DNA of 63,992 bases, counting the filler, from Basidioascus undulatus (Eukaryota), in the NCBI GenBank assembly GCA_000826855.1. It is 6 parts of 6 records of this genome, joined end to end, with 100 filler letters (N's around TTAATTAATTAA, not from the genome) between each part and the next. Parts side by side here need not be neighbours in the genome. Positions count along the whole stretch, not along the records: positions 21,720 to 32,506 come from JTLS01001087.1; positions 32,607 to 43,390 come from JTLS01001088.1; 4 more parts are not named here. One strand, 5' to 3'. Both the position numbers and the translations under genes were made by a program. Positions 26,762 through 39,793 of this stretch are shown here, one piece after another (positions within the stretch are counted from its first letter, which is position 1; each line of letters begins with the position of its first letter). Below the pieces are notes generated by a model. It had not been told where the DNA came from. It ran no database searches and worked only from the letters and a program-made list of their open reading frames with translations.

Positions 26762-28485
26762 TTACGCGTTGCTCGTTCCGCGCCCCGAGTGCCCGTGCAG
26801 CTTCTCGCCAGAAATGCGCTCCAGCCGCTGCTGCCTTCCCTCGGAGCTGGGGTCGAAGTACGGCTTCTCTCCGAAGACGGTTGTGCGCACGCCGCGGCGG
26901 GTGGCCTTGTAGGTGCCGGGGATCACCTGAAAAGCAAGCGAACGCTCAGCATGCTCCTTGGAGAGAGGGTTATTGATTTTCTCAATTTACGCGATGAACA
27001 GCGGGGCGGTTGTCCCAACTAGACGATCGAGGTAAAGGTGTTTCATCAGATGTGCGGGCAAATAAAACAATCGGCGAAACCTTGAAGGGCTCACAAGGCG
27101 ACGCTTCCGACCTCCCACTTCCACCGCACAGTGGTCGTCTGCGCTGTGGATGTGATAGTCCAAGTAGTCGAGGACTTTGTCTGGAGGTGGGGAGGTTTCT
27201 GGCCTCAGTTTCCTTTTTTTTTTCATATACTCGATCTTAACCTGGCTCGCACTTACCGCTCTCCTTCAATTCCGCAAAGCCATCAACGAAGCCCGAGTTG
27301 ACTTTGAGAGCCCTGAGGCCGGTGACAGGGTGCGTCCTCACCGCAGGGTGGTGACTGTCCGTTGGCGGACGGCGCGGCTTCAAGCTCGAGGATCGTCTCG
27401 CCTGAAATGCGATAAACACAAATCAGGAGACAAGAAGTGTGGTTTGTGAAGCTGCACTCACACTGGTGGCGCGAGGTGTGAACTGCCTGCAAACCCGAGA
27501 CGAAGTTCTTGTACGCGTCGCTGAGGGCGTCATACGTGCCGTATTGGGAGACCCTGGAAAGAGAGAAGAATGTTAATGAAAGCCAATCGAGGTCGACTAA
27601 ATGTCATAGTCACCGCCTCTCCCAACTCACCAGGCTGTGTCGCTGCCAACATCGGGATGCTCTTCCATTCGAAGCATCGTGTACCTCGGAAGGTTGATCT
27701 CGAACGAAGTGTGGGCGTGGAAGTCGCCTGGCCAAACTGGGTCAGGACGATGCAGAAATTTTAGTGAACCACGGATTCAGACCAGCCTTGCCCCCAGGGC
27801 GTCTGAGGGCCGCAGTGACTGAAAGTCAGCACCTCATGTCTCGACAAAAAATAAAAATGATCGCGCACGTAGAGTCCTATCGGTGGCCGCGGGTGGAGCC
27901 TGAGATGGTGACGAACGGGTTGCCAAGTTCTCAGCCACTTGTGCCAGCACGAAGGTTAAAGGCACACTGAGACTTACCTTCTGGTCTTCCTGTGCAGATG
28001 CTTGTCGAGCGTGCCGTAATGCTGGAAAAGCTCTACTTGTTTCTCTGTCGTCAAGTCCTGGTTGTGGAAGAAGACAACGCCGCGCTCAGCAATGAGGAGA
28101 GCCAGTTCTGTATGGTGAGACGACGAGGTAAGCTCAGAGCTGAGTCAAGCAGGATGAGAAAGCTACCGTCGAGTTGCCGCCCGTCCAGCTGAGAGAGTTG
28201 AACGTTCTCAAGCAACGTGCCGATGCTCTCGGTGAGATCCACGCCTTTCGCGACAGAGAAAAGGGCCTTCTTCTCCGTGAAGGAAGCACGGTCGGGGCCG
28301 ATTTCACGCGTGGCATGCGGTGCATCGGGTGGGACGTGATCCCGAATCTTCTCATCTGCCGGGGGAACTGGGCGTTGGCGGGGAGGCAACACTCGGATAT
28401 CAGATTGAACAACGGCTCACTGGAGAGGGTGGATCTTGCGGGGAAATCCCGAGTCAGGATCCGGCTGAAGGTGAGCCAACGACAT
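26762..28485 (-). pseudogene. TauD/TfdA-family 2-oxoglutarate-dependent (sulfonate) dioxygenase, degraded; start approximate
   Basis: Motifs DLTESIGTLLENVQLSQL, LALLIAERGVVFFHNQDL, FHAHTSFEINLPRYTMLRMEEHPDVGSDTAW (HxD changed to HxH), YDALSDAYKNFVSGLQAVHTS, HHPAVRTHPVTGLRALKVNSGF, LWDN and RTTVFGEKPYFDP. Frame breaks are present. Confidence 0.85.
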
Positions 28486-29216
28486 GTTGCGCCGCTCAGA
28501 TCAAGGGGATGAGGTCCGATGGAGGATGGGGAGCGTGCAGGTTGAGCGAGGAAGGGCAGGGAGGACTTCCGCGGCGAAAGGAGTGCGCTTTATGGCAGTT
28601 CTCGGCGAGCTCAGTCCCGTGACATTCTCGACCTTATCATCCCGGCTTAATATCGCTACCATTACGAGGACGTCTTCGGCCCAAAAACACGGAGCCCTGA
28701 TACAAGAGACAGGAGAGCACGCAATTGCCGTGCAGCATATTCCGCTCGCTGATGTGCAAGTCGTGCCTGACTGCCAGTGTCGAAATCTGGACCTATCAGC
28801 CTTGCCGTTGGCCCTCTCCAAGTGGATATCTGACTCACTGCTAGCCGTACGACGAGGAAGTCAGCAGAATTTCACATTCCACATCACCTTTCTACATGGA
28901 GTGCCCATTATGTCCCGTATCGTAGCGTGGGCAGTCCGTTTGGAGAAGTTTATTCTCCGACGATTTCTGCTGCACTCACTGCCTTCACTTCCTTTGGCGG
29001 TCACGCCATGCTAAGTAATATCAAGCCATCGTGAGGCTCCGTGTGTCGACAGCGGGGCGAGTTGAATGACCGCGACACGATGCCAGAGCATTGGAGCCAG
29101 TCAGAGATTGCACAATTTACTACAAAAGCTAACTCCAGAAGGTAGCGCACTGAGAGCTCCTCCCTGCCCGAATACCTTCACTGGCATCCGCATCTGCGAC
29201 CACTTCGCATCTCGAC

Positions 29217-31463
29217 ATGCCCGCCTCCTTATCCCGTCCTTCTGACCCTTCCAAGAAGGAGGGAACGGCTGCGCTGTCCTACAATTGGAGTGAAACTACG
29301 ATACAGGTCGACTGGATTGCCCGACGAAGAAGCCAAAGCGAAGCGGAAAGTCGACCTGGTGGTGATGAGTCTACTTTGCTTGGGCTTTTTCGCTCCAACT
29401 GGATAGAGGAAACATGTGAGTCCTTCACTCCTCATGACCGACCGTCTATCAGCTGAACAGTCCGCTCCAGTGCCAATGCTTTGACCGACGACGTGAGCGC
29501 CTCGCTGAACGAGGACTGATAGATTAACGAACATTTGGCATGGTGGCTGACGTCATTGTGTGCTGGGGTTGCACCGTTCTTATAGGACGTCGGCATTACG
29601 CAAAACCAGTTCAAGGTGGGACAACAGTTATTTTTGGTAAGTAAAGACCCATAGCTTGCATTGAATGTTCGCCCACAACCGTCTCTCTCCTACAGGCAGG
29701 CATGTGGGTGACCATATTGGCTGGAAGTCCTTCGCAGCGACTGACGGCTTTCTTCGTTACAAACAGTGTTATCCTCGCGATACGTCCTGAGCTCCACTCA
29801 GACTGCCAAAACATCTTGCTGATTATCCCAAGTTCAGATCCTGAGCAACATTCTCCTGTACAACTGGGGCCCCAAAAGTGGATCAGCGCGCAGATCATCG
29901 CTTGGGGCTTTGTGGCGCTTTTCCAAGCCTTTCAGAACGGCCTGGGGAGCTTCCTTGCGACTCGAATGCTACTGCGTCTCGGTGAAAGCGGGTAAGTCTT
30001 AGCATCTCGGATTGAAGCAGTCGAAACGCGAGGTCGTTGACGGACGAGCGAGGACAGCTTCATCCCTGCGGGCTTGTACACCGTGTCGACGTGGTATAAA
30101 CGCAGGTTATCTTATCTGGAGGTTATCTGGGCCCGGAGCTGACTCTCTAAATTCTACAGGTGATGAGACTGCCAAACGCTTCTCGTGGTTCTTCTTGGGC
30201 AAAATGACAGCCGCCGCTTCGATGGGGCTGACGCGTATGGAGTTTTGCAGATGCGGGGACTAGCTGGGCTGGCGGTTGGCAATAGCTCTTTATCGTGAGC
30301 ATCCCTCTATCTGTTTCCTATTCCGTGAGGCTCACAGGAGATCTGTCGTACAAATCGAGGGTCTCTTCACTGTCCTCGTTGGGCTCGCATTCCTCCTCCT
30401 CTTCCCCGGCGGCCCATCCAATCCAACTCCCTGGTTCTTCCCGACCTTCCGCTACTTTACCGAGCGGTAGCGTCATATCCTGGCTATGCGGATTATCATC
30501 GACGACCCCAAGAAGGCCCAGGGGCCGCAGCGACCGAGACTGCAAAAAGCTGAGCTGCTGGCTACGGTAATTCGTGTTTCTCTGTCCTTCAATCCTGATC
30601 TTTGGCAAATATCTTGACTACGATTGTTCCATGATGCAGCGTGGGACCAGCGCATTTACCCTTATCTTCGTGAGTGCCGCTCGCCCCTCATGCAGCAAAA
30701 CAGGCACAGCTGACTCTCTTCCTGCCCATGGAATAGCTGAGTCCGGCCAGCGCCTATATGTCGTACGCCCCGACGCTCGTGCGCGGATTCGGTTTTGACC
30801 GCCTGCGCTCCAACGCGTTCCTCTCGTTGGGGGGCTGGATCCTGCTGGTCACGAACACCTTAGCAGGGATCATCTTCGACCGGACGGAACCGCGCGGCGG
30901 TGGTCATCGCTGCGGGGGCGATCTACTGGGGGTGCATGCTCGCGACTCAGCAGCTGGCGGACTCTAACGACCGGAATGCCCGCTATGCGGTCCTCACCCT
31001 CGTCCTCGCTTTCAACTCGGCTTTCCATCCCAGCAACGGCGCCTGGCTGTCGCTGAACGCGAAGACGCCGGCTGAACGAGTATGTTGGCAGCGTCTGACT
31101 TTGATCATTTCGCTCACTGTACCTCCTTTCAGTCTATCACCCTGGCGATGTGGATGATGTCTGGGAACTTCTCGGGCATTATTGGGAGCCAGCTGTTCCG
31201 GTCGGACGACTCCCCCAGGTAGCTACCTCCTTCCCCTTTGACCGGTCTTACTGCGCCATTTCGTCAGTAAGCTGACCGCCGTTTGTCGTTCATGAACAGA
31301 TACCTGCGAAGTGTCGCACTGGTGTCCCTTGCTTTGCCGTACAGTACTGGTGGTCTAACCGCGTTCTGGACCGTAAAGGCGCCGAAGCCGTTGGAGACCA
31401 TGAAGAGAAGCGGGACGGCTCAGTCGAGGCTGAAAACGGGGCGCTGAGGAGGTACCACCTGTA
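29217..31463 (+). pseudogene. MFS transporter, allantoate permease/anion:cation symporter family, degraded
   Basis: Motifs PQKWISAQIIAWGFVALFQAFQNGLGSFLATRMLL..ESG-FIPAGLY..WYK and IEGLFTVLVG. In-frame stops at GWQ*LFI (TAG 30283) and TER*RH (TAG 30468). Ends RYHL*. Confidence 0.85.
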
Positions 31464-31739
31464 ACTGTCAATGTACCAATTGTGCTGCGAAAAACATAGC
31501 TGTAGAGACTGCTAAATTCTTTCGAGAGTTGTCATCAACGGCCTTGAAGAAATACACCTCGACCGATCGTAACCTACGAAAATCAATGTGGGCCAAGTCC
31601 AACGCACGTGGTGAAAAGCCAGCACTCCCGGCCAATACTCGCTTGCTCGACGACCCGCTTGACTTCTCCCCATAGCAACCGCTCCCAGCTCCTTCGTCCT
31701 TTAAACCCTCGCTTAACCTCCCTCACTCGTCAGACTACA

Positions 31740-32393
31740 ATGGCCTTCAAAGTTCGAACCCAAATCATCGACAGTTCAGTGGTGCCAGGCGAAAGTGGTG
31801 TGCCAGCGCATACCCTTTTCGAACTCAAGGGCCACCACGCCGTCTGGTCGTTCTACGCAGGGAGCGTGGATCCGAACTCCCCAACCCGTGGCCTGCGCGC
31901 GGAGGGAGACGATCAGAAGGTATCGAGCAAGAAGCGATACGCGCTCATTCGGTTCATGCTCCTCTTCTCTATCACACCGCTGCTTCAGGAGCTCTTGGGC
32001 GATACTGCCGGGGCACCGTGGGGAGAAGCCGTCCAAAACGGCAATTACTCTTTCCGGCAGTACCTTGAATTCTCTCGATCCATCGCCGAGCGTGCCCTGT
32101 TGCAGTATCTTGCGGACTTGTTCTGCGCCGAGTTGAACATCAGCAATAACGGCAGAGAGGTGACTGTCACTGCGGCCAACCTAAACAGCGTGGGCTACGT
32201 GCTAGACCACTTCAGCCGCTATCGGTTCCCTGCAGGGTCGAAGGCTGACCTGTTCGGCGTCTGGCGCCGGTTTTGCCGTCTGGCTAGCAACGGAGTGAAG
32301 AACACCGACGCCGAAGATCTGGACGAGTTGCAGCGGCTCAGCAGGAAAATGACGCGACTGCGACACTCGATGGGCAAGTCAGGCCGATCATGA
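31740..32393 (+). CDS. Nuclear-style ORF with a degenerate LAGLIDADG homing-endonuclease-like C-terminal domain; probable 69-nt spliceosomal intron 31920-31988
   Basis: Start context acaATGgcc after a CT-rich leader. The C-terminal segment LEFSRSIAERALLQYLADLF..VTVTAANLNSVGYVLDHFSRYRFPAGSKADLFGVWRRF..DLDELQRLSRKM follows the LAGLIDADG-domain pattern (..IIxHFxxYPLxxxKxxxFxxW..LxxIxxLxxxM). It is directly followed by cox1 sequence. Confidence 0.55.
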   Translation: MAFKVRTQIIDSSVVPGESGVPAHTLFELKGHHAVWSFYAGSVDPNSPTRGLRAEGDDQKVSSKKRYALIRFMLLFSITPLLQELLGDTAGAPWGEAVQNGNYSFRQYLEFSRSIAERALLQYLADLFCAELNISNNGREVTVTAANLNSVGYVLDHFSRYRFPAGSKADLFGVWRRFCRLASNGVKNTDAEDLDELQRLSRKMTRLRHSMGKSGRS

Positions 32394-32506
<113 letters not shown>

Positions 32507-32606
32507 NNNNNNNNNNNNNNNNNNNNNNNNNNNNNNNNNNNNNNNNNNNNTTAATTAATTAANNNNNNNNNNNNNNNNNNNNNNNNNNNNNNNNNNNNNN
32601 NNNNNN
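32507..32606. other. Artificial contig linker
   Basis: N44-TTAATTAATTAA-N44. Confidence 0.98.
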
Positions 32607-32923
32607 AGCATGCAGCGCTGCGGTGAGGATCCCGGTCGACGGCCGAGGCAAGGCAGCATACGGGAATGAAACGGCATCGTGGCTCGTACTGAAAGTGTAC
32701 TCTTTCTAACAAAAGGCCGGGGCATGAAAGAAACATTAACACCGCCGCCCCACTGTCGCACATGGTGGCCACACGCAAGAACCAGCGGCTGGGACCACAT
32801 TGTTGGGACGAAAAAAATTGAATTAATTAAGGGATATATCATAGCAGAATTTATCGTCAAGATCATGAAGTCAAAGTCATAATGTCATAGTCGTCGATGC
32901 GCGAGCGAGCCCGAAAGGCCTAC

Positions 32924-35900
32924 TCAGAGATAGACTGTAAACAGCAAAGATCAGCCTTCCGAACTGTAGTTTTCAACACCCGAGGTCTTACTGTCAGCCG
33001 TGATGGGGTTCTACAAAGTGGGATGAAGCGTTTAACATCAGCATGGTGGAGGGGAATTCCAGGGGCATGCCGACTCACCACTTCCAGGCCGCCTTCGATC
33101 AGGTCGACGTCTTCGAGGTAATGAAGCGGCATCTCGCAGAGAGTGCCCTGAAGGAGGGAGTGTAGCTCCGATCAGCATCTTCGAGAGGAATGATCTGATT
33201 GTCTCGCTCTGGGCTTACGCGAACTTGAGCGAGTTGCTCCTTGATGTAGCGCAGGTCAAGGCTGGGGTCGACGTGCCCAACTAGAGCGCTCGTGCGGTAG
33301 TTCTAAGAGAAAAGAGAAAGACTTCAGGAACTTTGAAATGATCGGTTTTAGAAGACGTGCTGACCTTGTAGTCTTCCCAGTTGCGGACTAAGTCCGTCGG
33401 CTGAACGTGGAACACGTCCTCAAAGATCTTGGTGTTCTTGCGGGCCGTAGATCGGTAGAGCTCCAAGAACGAGTCGGAGAGCGGGTCCTGTAACCCAAAG
33501 ATCAGGGCTGAACACGGAGAGAGCGTGGGGGTAAAGGGTGCCGTTTTGCTCACCTCAACAAGCTTGTCCTCCTCAGAGCCAAAGTCGTACGCGTTCGGGT
33601 TCGGATAAGCGCGCATGTTCTCGTCGACCCGCTCATCGTAATTGCAAGGCTGAGGCGGAATGAGGCTGCGAGAGCAGCAGATGAGTACATGCGGCAGCAA
33701 ATTGAAAGTATCATGCGCACCCGAGGTGGAAGCGGGTGAGCTGACGACGGAATGTCGTGGCAAAGCGGCCCGCCAGAAACTGCGACAATCAGAAGACGTG
33801 AGCAACCTGATTTCAGAATCTGCGAAGAGCTATCGCACCCGTTGACCATCCATCTTAGACTCGACGAGGTCCCTGTCCTCGAAGACGAGCCTGGAAGAAA
33901 CAAGATGTTAGCTGGAGACTGCAATGCCCCGACGTCGAATAAAGTGGCCTACGCAGTCTCGCTGTCACGGTCGCCGTTCATACTCCTGTCGTTGACTGAG
34001 CGGATCATCCCTATGTCAGCCAAGTTCCTTTCTGAGGAAGCAAACATCGCGTACTGTTCGCAGAGCCGATGAGGACACGGCGATCGTCGACAATCAGGAT
34101 CTTGGAGTGAACGTAGCACTTGGAAATGAAAACTGGTCAGCCTCGTTAGGGAAAAGCTTCAAGTTACAGACCCACCTGCTCTGTGCTGCAGATTGACGCC
34201 TATGCGTTAGCCGCTTGGATTGACATGAATGTACAGGGCTTCGGGTGCCTTACACGAAACTGGCAAATCGCGAATAAGGTGAGCACGCCGCACGGCAACG
34301 AAGCTTACAAGACCTACTTGTTCTTCTCGTCTTCCTCGGAGCCGAGCCACTGCTCGTCCAGAAGGCTCGTTGAATCGCGAAGCGCGTGCCCGGCGACGCT
34401 GTCGCTGACCTCCTGGTCGTCACGCGGCGCCGCAGATATAAACCGGTTGACGACGTCGCGAGCCTCCTCGACCGTCGCCGGCATCTGCACCGCCTTCTTC
34501 TGGGGCTTGGCGTTCGGGTCGACGCTGGCCGCCATCTGCTGCGGGTCGATCGAAGTCTCCCCGACGGGCTGTTGGATGAAGACCGCGCGATCCTTCGGGC
34601 CTTCGCCCTCTCCGAGCCAGACGCGAGCTTGCTGTATTGAGGCATGATAGTCAGAAACAGAAAACGAAGTGCTTGCGTGGGGTCTGCTCTTACAGCGACC
34701 TGGGCTTGGTGGAACGACACCCCGCTCTTCTCCTCCATCTCGCGGATGAGCTTGCGGTCGTAGTTGATACGGTCGTAACTGCACATGAATTGTGCCGGTC
34801 AGCGCTAAAGTGTAAGTCCCGAAATCGCGCAAGGGCATTACCTGTGCAGGTTGTAGAAGCTGTACCACAAGACGGCATTCAGATGCCGTCTCGAGAGACG
34901 CTTGCACAAGGTGAAACGCACCGAATATACTCGTCCGGGTTCACACCAGCCTTGCGAATTACTTCCATAATGGACTTGCCCTTGCGGCAGATGCTGGCGT
35001 ATTCTGGGTTTATGCTTTCACGTCAGTACTGACACTATTATGGGAGTGCGTGTCGACATACGAGCGTGCATGATGGCCCTGACGTGCGGATGAGGTTAGC
35101 TTATTGTTGTCGAGGCGGAAGCAGGGAAGCTCACTTGGTACCTGCAGCTCCTTGGATGTCGCCTGTTCGGAAGAGCGTCAGAAAAAAAGCACACAGAAAA
35201 TGATATCGCTGCGAAACGGACCAGCGAATCCTGGAACCGCGGGGATGACAATGGTCACCTGCATCGGAAGTACAGCGCTTCAGAGGGACCATGATGCCGT
35301 GCGACGACATGGGAGAAGACTGCGTACCAGGAACTTCTGCTTGTCTTTGGCAGACTGCAGGATACGCTCGACTATGGCAGCGCCAATGCGGTTGTCGACG
35401 GGGCGGCCATCGCCAACGGCCGTCTGGATGCTGCATCAGAAACCGACTGGAAGACAAGGCTAACTGCTTGGGAAGACGCACGATGAAGAACTGCGGAACT
35501 TTCGTAGTCAGCTTATCCGGGAAATATTAATCACGACAGCTGCGTTGCCTACCTGGTTCCTGAACGAATCGTCGAGCGGTAAGTAATATATCTTTCCGAA
35601 GACGCAGGACAGTACCTACTCGATCCAGATGGAATGCGATGCCTCGCGGATCCTGTAGGCGAGGAGGCTCGTGAGGGATACGTTGTTGGAACGAAGACCA
35701 CAGTCCACGTACATCTCGATGTACGCATTCTGGATCGACTTTTCCGTCAGGATGCCGTTGCTCCAGTCGCCCGCGGAGCGCAGAACCTGAACGTTGACGG
35801 TGCCACGGTGACTGCGTGAGGTTCAACGGACAGGTGAGCCAGTGGTGAACGGGAATTTTGATGCACAGCACGCACGGTTCCTGCGGGTCTTTGAAGTCCT

Positions 35901-38129
35901 CCCTCGAGTTCTCGTGGTCGCCGGACCAAGGGTGCTTGAACGAGCGGCCGATCTGTATCGGAAGAGGACATTCAACTTCCACATCGATCAAATCCAACAT
36001 TGTTGGTCGGACCGCACCTCCTTCCAGCGCCCGAGGTGGGGGTGTCTGTTGACGGGCTCGTCCTGTGAGGCCGGCGAGGGTTTAGCCTCCGCGCGGGGTG
36101 TTCGAGAGCGCAGATGCTGACCTCGGGCAAGTTGTGCGGAAGCGCGAGATGGTGGTACTTCTTCTCGAGATAGTACTTCTCTGCTAGGGCAAAGTTCGTC
36201 TTCAGAGCGAGTTAAACGGAATGAGACCCTGAAAGACCGGCTCACCGTCGTAGATGTGGTTCCAGCGCTCAACGAAAAGCTGCGTCAAGTCGATCACGGA
36301 GGGGCTGGAGAACGAGGATGATTATGAGCACGCGGAGAGGTGGGAGCTGAATGCGTCGGATGAGGAAGAGGAGGAGATTGAGGAGGGCCTACCCCTTGAT
36401 AACACTGTGAATGTCGTGCCACGGGCCCCTGGGAGCTTGAAGGATCGAGATCTCGTTTCCGACATATTCGGAGACCTTGGTGAAGTCGAGAATGCGAGCG
36501 TCTTAATGGCGCGGCGCTGCTTAGCTCAAGCTCGCGAAAAAATATCCCGCATGAGCGAAAACGTACTGTCTGTTAAGCAGGGCAAAGTAAGCACCGTGTT
36601 GCGCGGTGACGACCACATGCGGATAGAAGGACTTACTGTAGTCCTGCCCCGGGAACAGCGCGCGGTCGAAGTTGGTCGGGTGCGCGTCGGCAAGGGGGTG
36701 GTTGTGCGTGTCCCACCTTCCGAAGCAGAGATCGATCCCCCCGACGAACGCGATGCGGTTGTCGATGATCTGTTATCCTTGATTAGGCAACCAGACACTC
36801 TCGGTGACCTCAGCGGAGTCAACTTACGCAGACTTTGCTGTGGTGCGAGTAGTACAGCGTGATGTCGCCTGGTGGATGAATGTAAGTATCTGCGCAGCTC
36901 CATCGGGTCGACAGGAACACACCGCCGATGTGGTCCGGCTGTATGTGGTGGAGCAGTCAGCGCGACGGGAAATTTAAGTAAGGAGGGCGAGTAAAGAACG
37001 TACGTGACGCATAACCAGGATGTTCTCGTGCAGGCTGAGAGTTGAAGATCAGATAGATCTCGTGATTGATGTTCGATGGCAACACAGGACGTACTTCATG
37101 AGCGAGTGCTTGGTGTGCGCGCTGGACATCGTCATGGTCTGCGTCACCTCCTTGTATACGACCACGTACTAAAAGAACCCAATCAGTTCGCTCTCTTCAA
37201 GTCGCAGCCGCCTTCTGAACCCAAGCGAGACCCTGACGTACAATGCGAACACCCTGCTCGGCCTTGCGCTTCAACACCCTGTCCAGGCGCCACTCCTCGT
37301 TCTTTGTGGGAGGCCGGCGGAGGTAGAGCTCGGGCGACACTGGGAATGGTAGATCGAGACATACGACACAGCAAAGGTTAGCAAGGCTGTGAAGAAACGG
37401 AGTGCAGGACCCAGCACGGACGCCACCAGTCGAGAATCTGTAAGTACGCTCGCACTTAGTCTCAGAGTCCCCTTGTTTAATAAAAACAAGATGCGGCTCA
37501 CGTAGATGGACTCCTGTGCATTCTCGAGCGCCCTGTACTCAATGTCAGCGCTTGCCGCTCATGTCAAGGCTAGCGTAGACTGCCACGCTTACTCCGAGAG
37601 AGCGTAGAAGTAGTCATGACCGTCGATAAACCTTCGATATGATCCAGTCGTTAGTGCACAGTCATAGACGGGCTTGCAGCAGAGGACGAAAGGAACGTAC
37701 CACCTCGCGCGGTTTCCCTCGCGCGGCGGAGCGAAGCTCTTGAAACGATGAGACTCGGCGATCTCGGTCCTGTAACACGGTAAACGAATTCAGCGTGCCC
37801 TTCTGGCAGATGAGATATTCCACCTGGACGCACCTGATTCTGTCCGCCTCCTGCAAAGCCCCTCCAATGAAACCTCAGCACAGCCCCCTCGCATATGATT
37901 CCCTCCTCAACAGGCCCAATCTGACCTTCTCGTGCTCCTCGTCGTGACGATCTGCAGCCAAACATGTTCAGTGCGTTCGAATGCGAAGGATGCACGACTT
38001 CGACCTACGATTCGGGTTCACCACGAACCGGATGGTCCTTCCCGTCTGGTGCAGGCGGTTGTTCGCCTCGACGCTAAGGTCCTTGAATTGGTCCCCGATG
38101 TCCTTGAGCGAGTCAAATAACTTCGACAT
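32924..38129 (-). CDS. Phospholipase D (fungal short form without PX/PH domains), many introns
   Basis: NPNR-RHDEEHEK, FKSFAPPR, IDGHDYFYAL, ELYLRRPPA, VVVYKEVTQTM, first HKD region (IDNRIAFVGGIDLCFGRWDT), IVRLPKQ, second HKD YVHSKILIVDDRRVLIGSAN and GDRDS. Ends NPITADIYL*. Confidence 0.92.
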
Positions 38130-38669
38130 TCTCGATGCTTTGGTCAGTAGCGTGGTTGGTATTCGCGATGAAGATGAAGGTGGACGTTGTCGCGGCGGAC
38201 GTGCACCTTCGCCTCCCGAACTCCCGAACGCGATATCGGGGCGGTGCTGCGGCGCCCCCTTGATTTCCACGTGAATCAGTTTCGGAAAATGCGGCGATTT
38301 CACTCAAACGTCGAACAAGGCTGCAAGCTTGGGAAGTTGTCATCTCTTGTTAACATTGTCTACCATATTTTAAAGCCGAGCCGGTGTATTGTGAGGGATC
38401 CTCCAGGTGTTCGTGCTTACAGTACACTCGAAGTCGCGGAGACACTGCGGTGCCACAGTCCGCTTTCCCGACACTCCATCGCGTTGGCCTGCACCAGCTT
38501 CATTGCACCATGCCAACATACAAAATATTGTAAGTGAATACAAGTACCCACCTCGGACACTCACTCAAATACAGACCACAACAAAAGTTAACGCCAATAG
38601 CACAGCGAACACCTTTTTGCGTCCCCAACTTCAAGCCGCCTACCCTCCTCTCATTTCTGCCGGGACCCT

Positions 38670-39329
38670 TTATATTAGCATGTAGGATACTGTTAGATCT
38701 ATAACCATGGTCTGAAGACAACGTCCTGGACACCTCTGCCGGTATATGCTGCGTAGCTCGCAGCCGCCTCCTTGAGGCGACAATCACAAACGCCCGGACC
38801 TCATACCTTCCAAGATCACATACGGACAATACAAATCGGTACAGTTTTTTGAAAGTACTCACGATTGACCATCGCATGCAGCTCGTCCCCGTCCACCAGC
38901 TTGAGGCCCTCCGGCGTGTCCCCACCGCGCACGCGCGCCCCCTCGAACAAGAACCTACGCTCCAGAAGACATTCAAATCGACAACACTGCCTAGACTTCT
39001 TCATTACCTAAACTGGCTCGGGATCATCCTGCGTATACCCGCGTACGTTGTGAACAGCCTGCTCATCCGCGTGTTGGGCTTGAGGCCCAGCCGAGTGACA
39101 TTCTGTGTCCGTCCCCACTGTCAAACAAAAACCGAAATTGAAAGAAAAGGGACCGCGTTTGCTCATGCCCCTTCCTGCGAAACGATCTGCTCATCCCAGC
39201 CGAGGTCAGCTATCCCTCGCACTGACAGTGCGCACGACGCACATGCAGCGTCATCCTCGCGACTGCCGGTCGCCTTGAGAGAGATGGGAGTGTCGCAAGA
39301 AAAGTTTTGGGCGCTTGCTGGGTACTCAT
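38670..39329 (-). CDS. Divergent SUMO-like protein A (Rad60-SLD/SUMO fold); C-terminal splicing uncertain
   Basis: Spliced reading MSTQQAPK..RMTLH|IVSQEG..|NVTRLGLKPNTRMSRLFTTYAGIRRMIPSQFR|FLFEGARVRGGDTPEGLKLVDGDELHAMVN, with a possible downstream (R)GG at 38763-38768. Needs a homopolymer correction near 39168. Confidence 0.72.
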
Positions 39330-39793
39330 AGTCAGGGGTGGTCGTGATAGTGGGAGGACAGAATAAAGAAGGCAGAAACGTGCGATCGGGATCAGGAGAT
39401 GGGTTGCAGCGTGCGTCTGCAGCGTGGTTCCACGACAAGTACAAATCCGAGCGTTCTTAGATCTCCACTGCCATGTCGGTTTGAGTTCGAGAGTTTTGAA
39501 ATAGATCTTGGTCGAGAACTGCTGTTGCTTAGGAGGACGCCGTACAACAAGGGTCGCTTTCGCGTTCGTTTCACATGAGCGAGTATGCCGCTCTGCCCTG
39601 AAACAGTGGAATTACCCCAACCCTGGCAAAGCTTCAAGAGCATGGTATATCTCTTCAATATATCGATTTTCAGTGCAACACGGCTCAATCTCAGCCCCAG
39701 AGGTCAGAATCACAGCGCCGCCCTTGCGCAGCCGCGGTCCAGCTCCGACCCCAACTTCCTACGCTACTTCTCAAGAACCACTTCCCAACCAGA

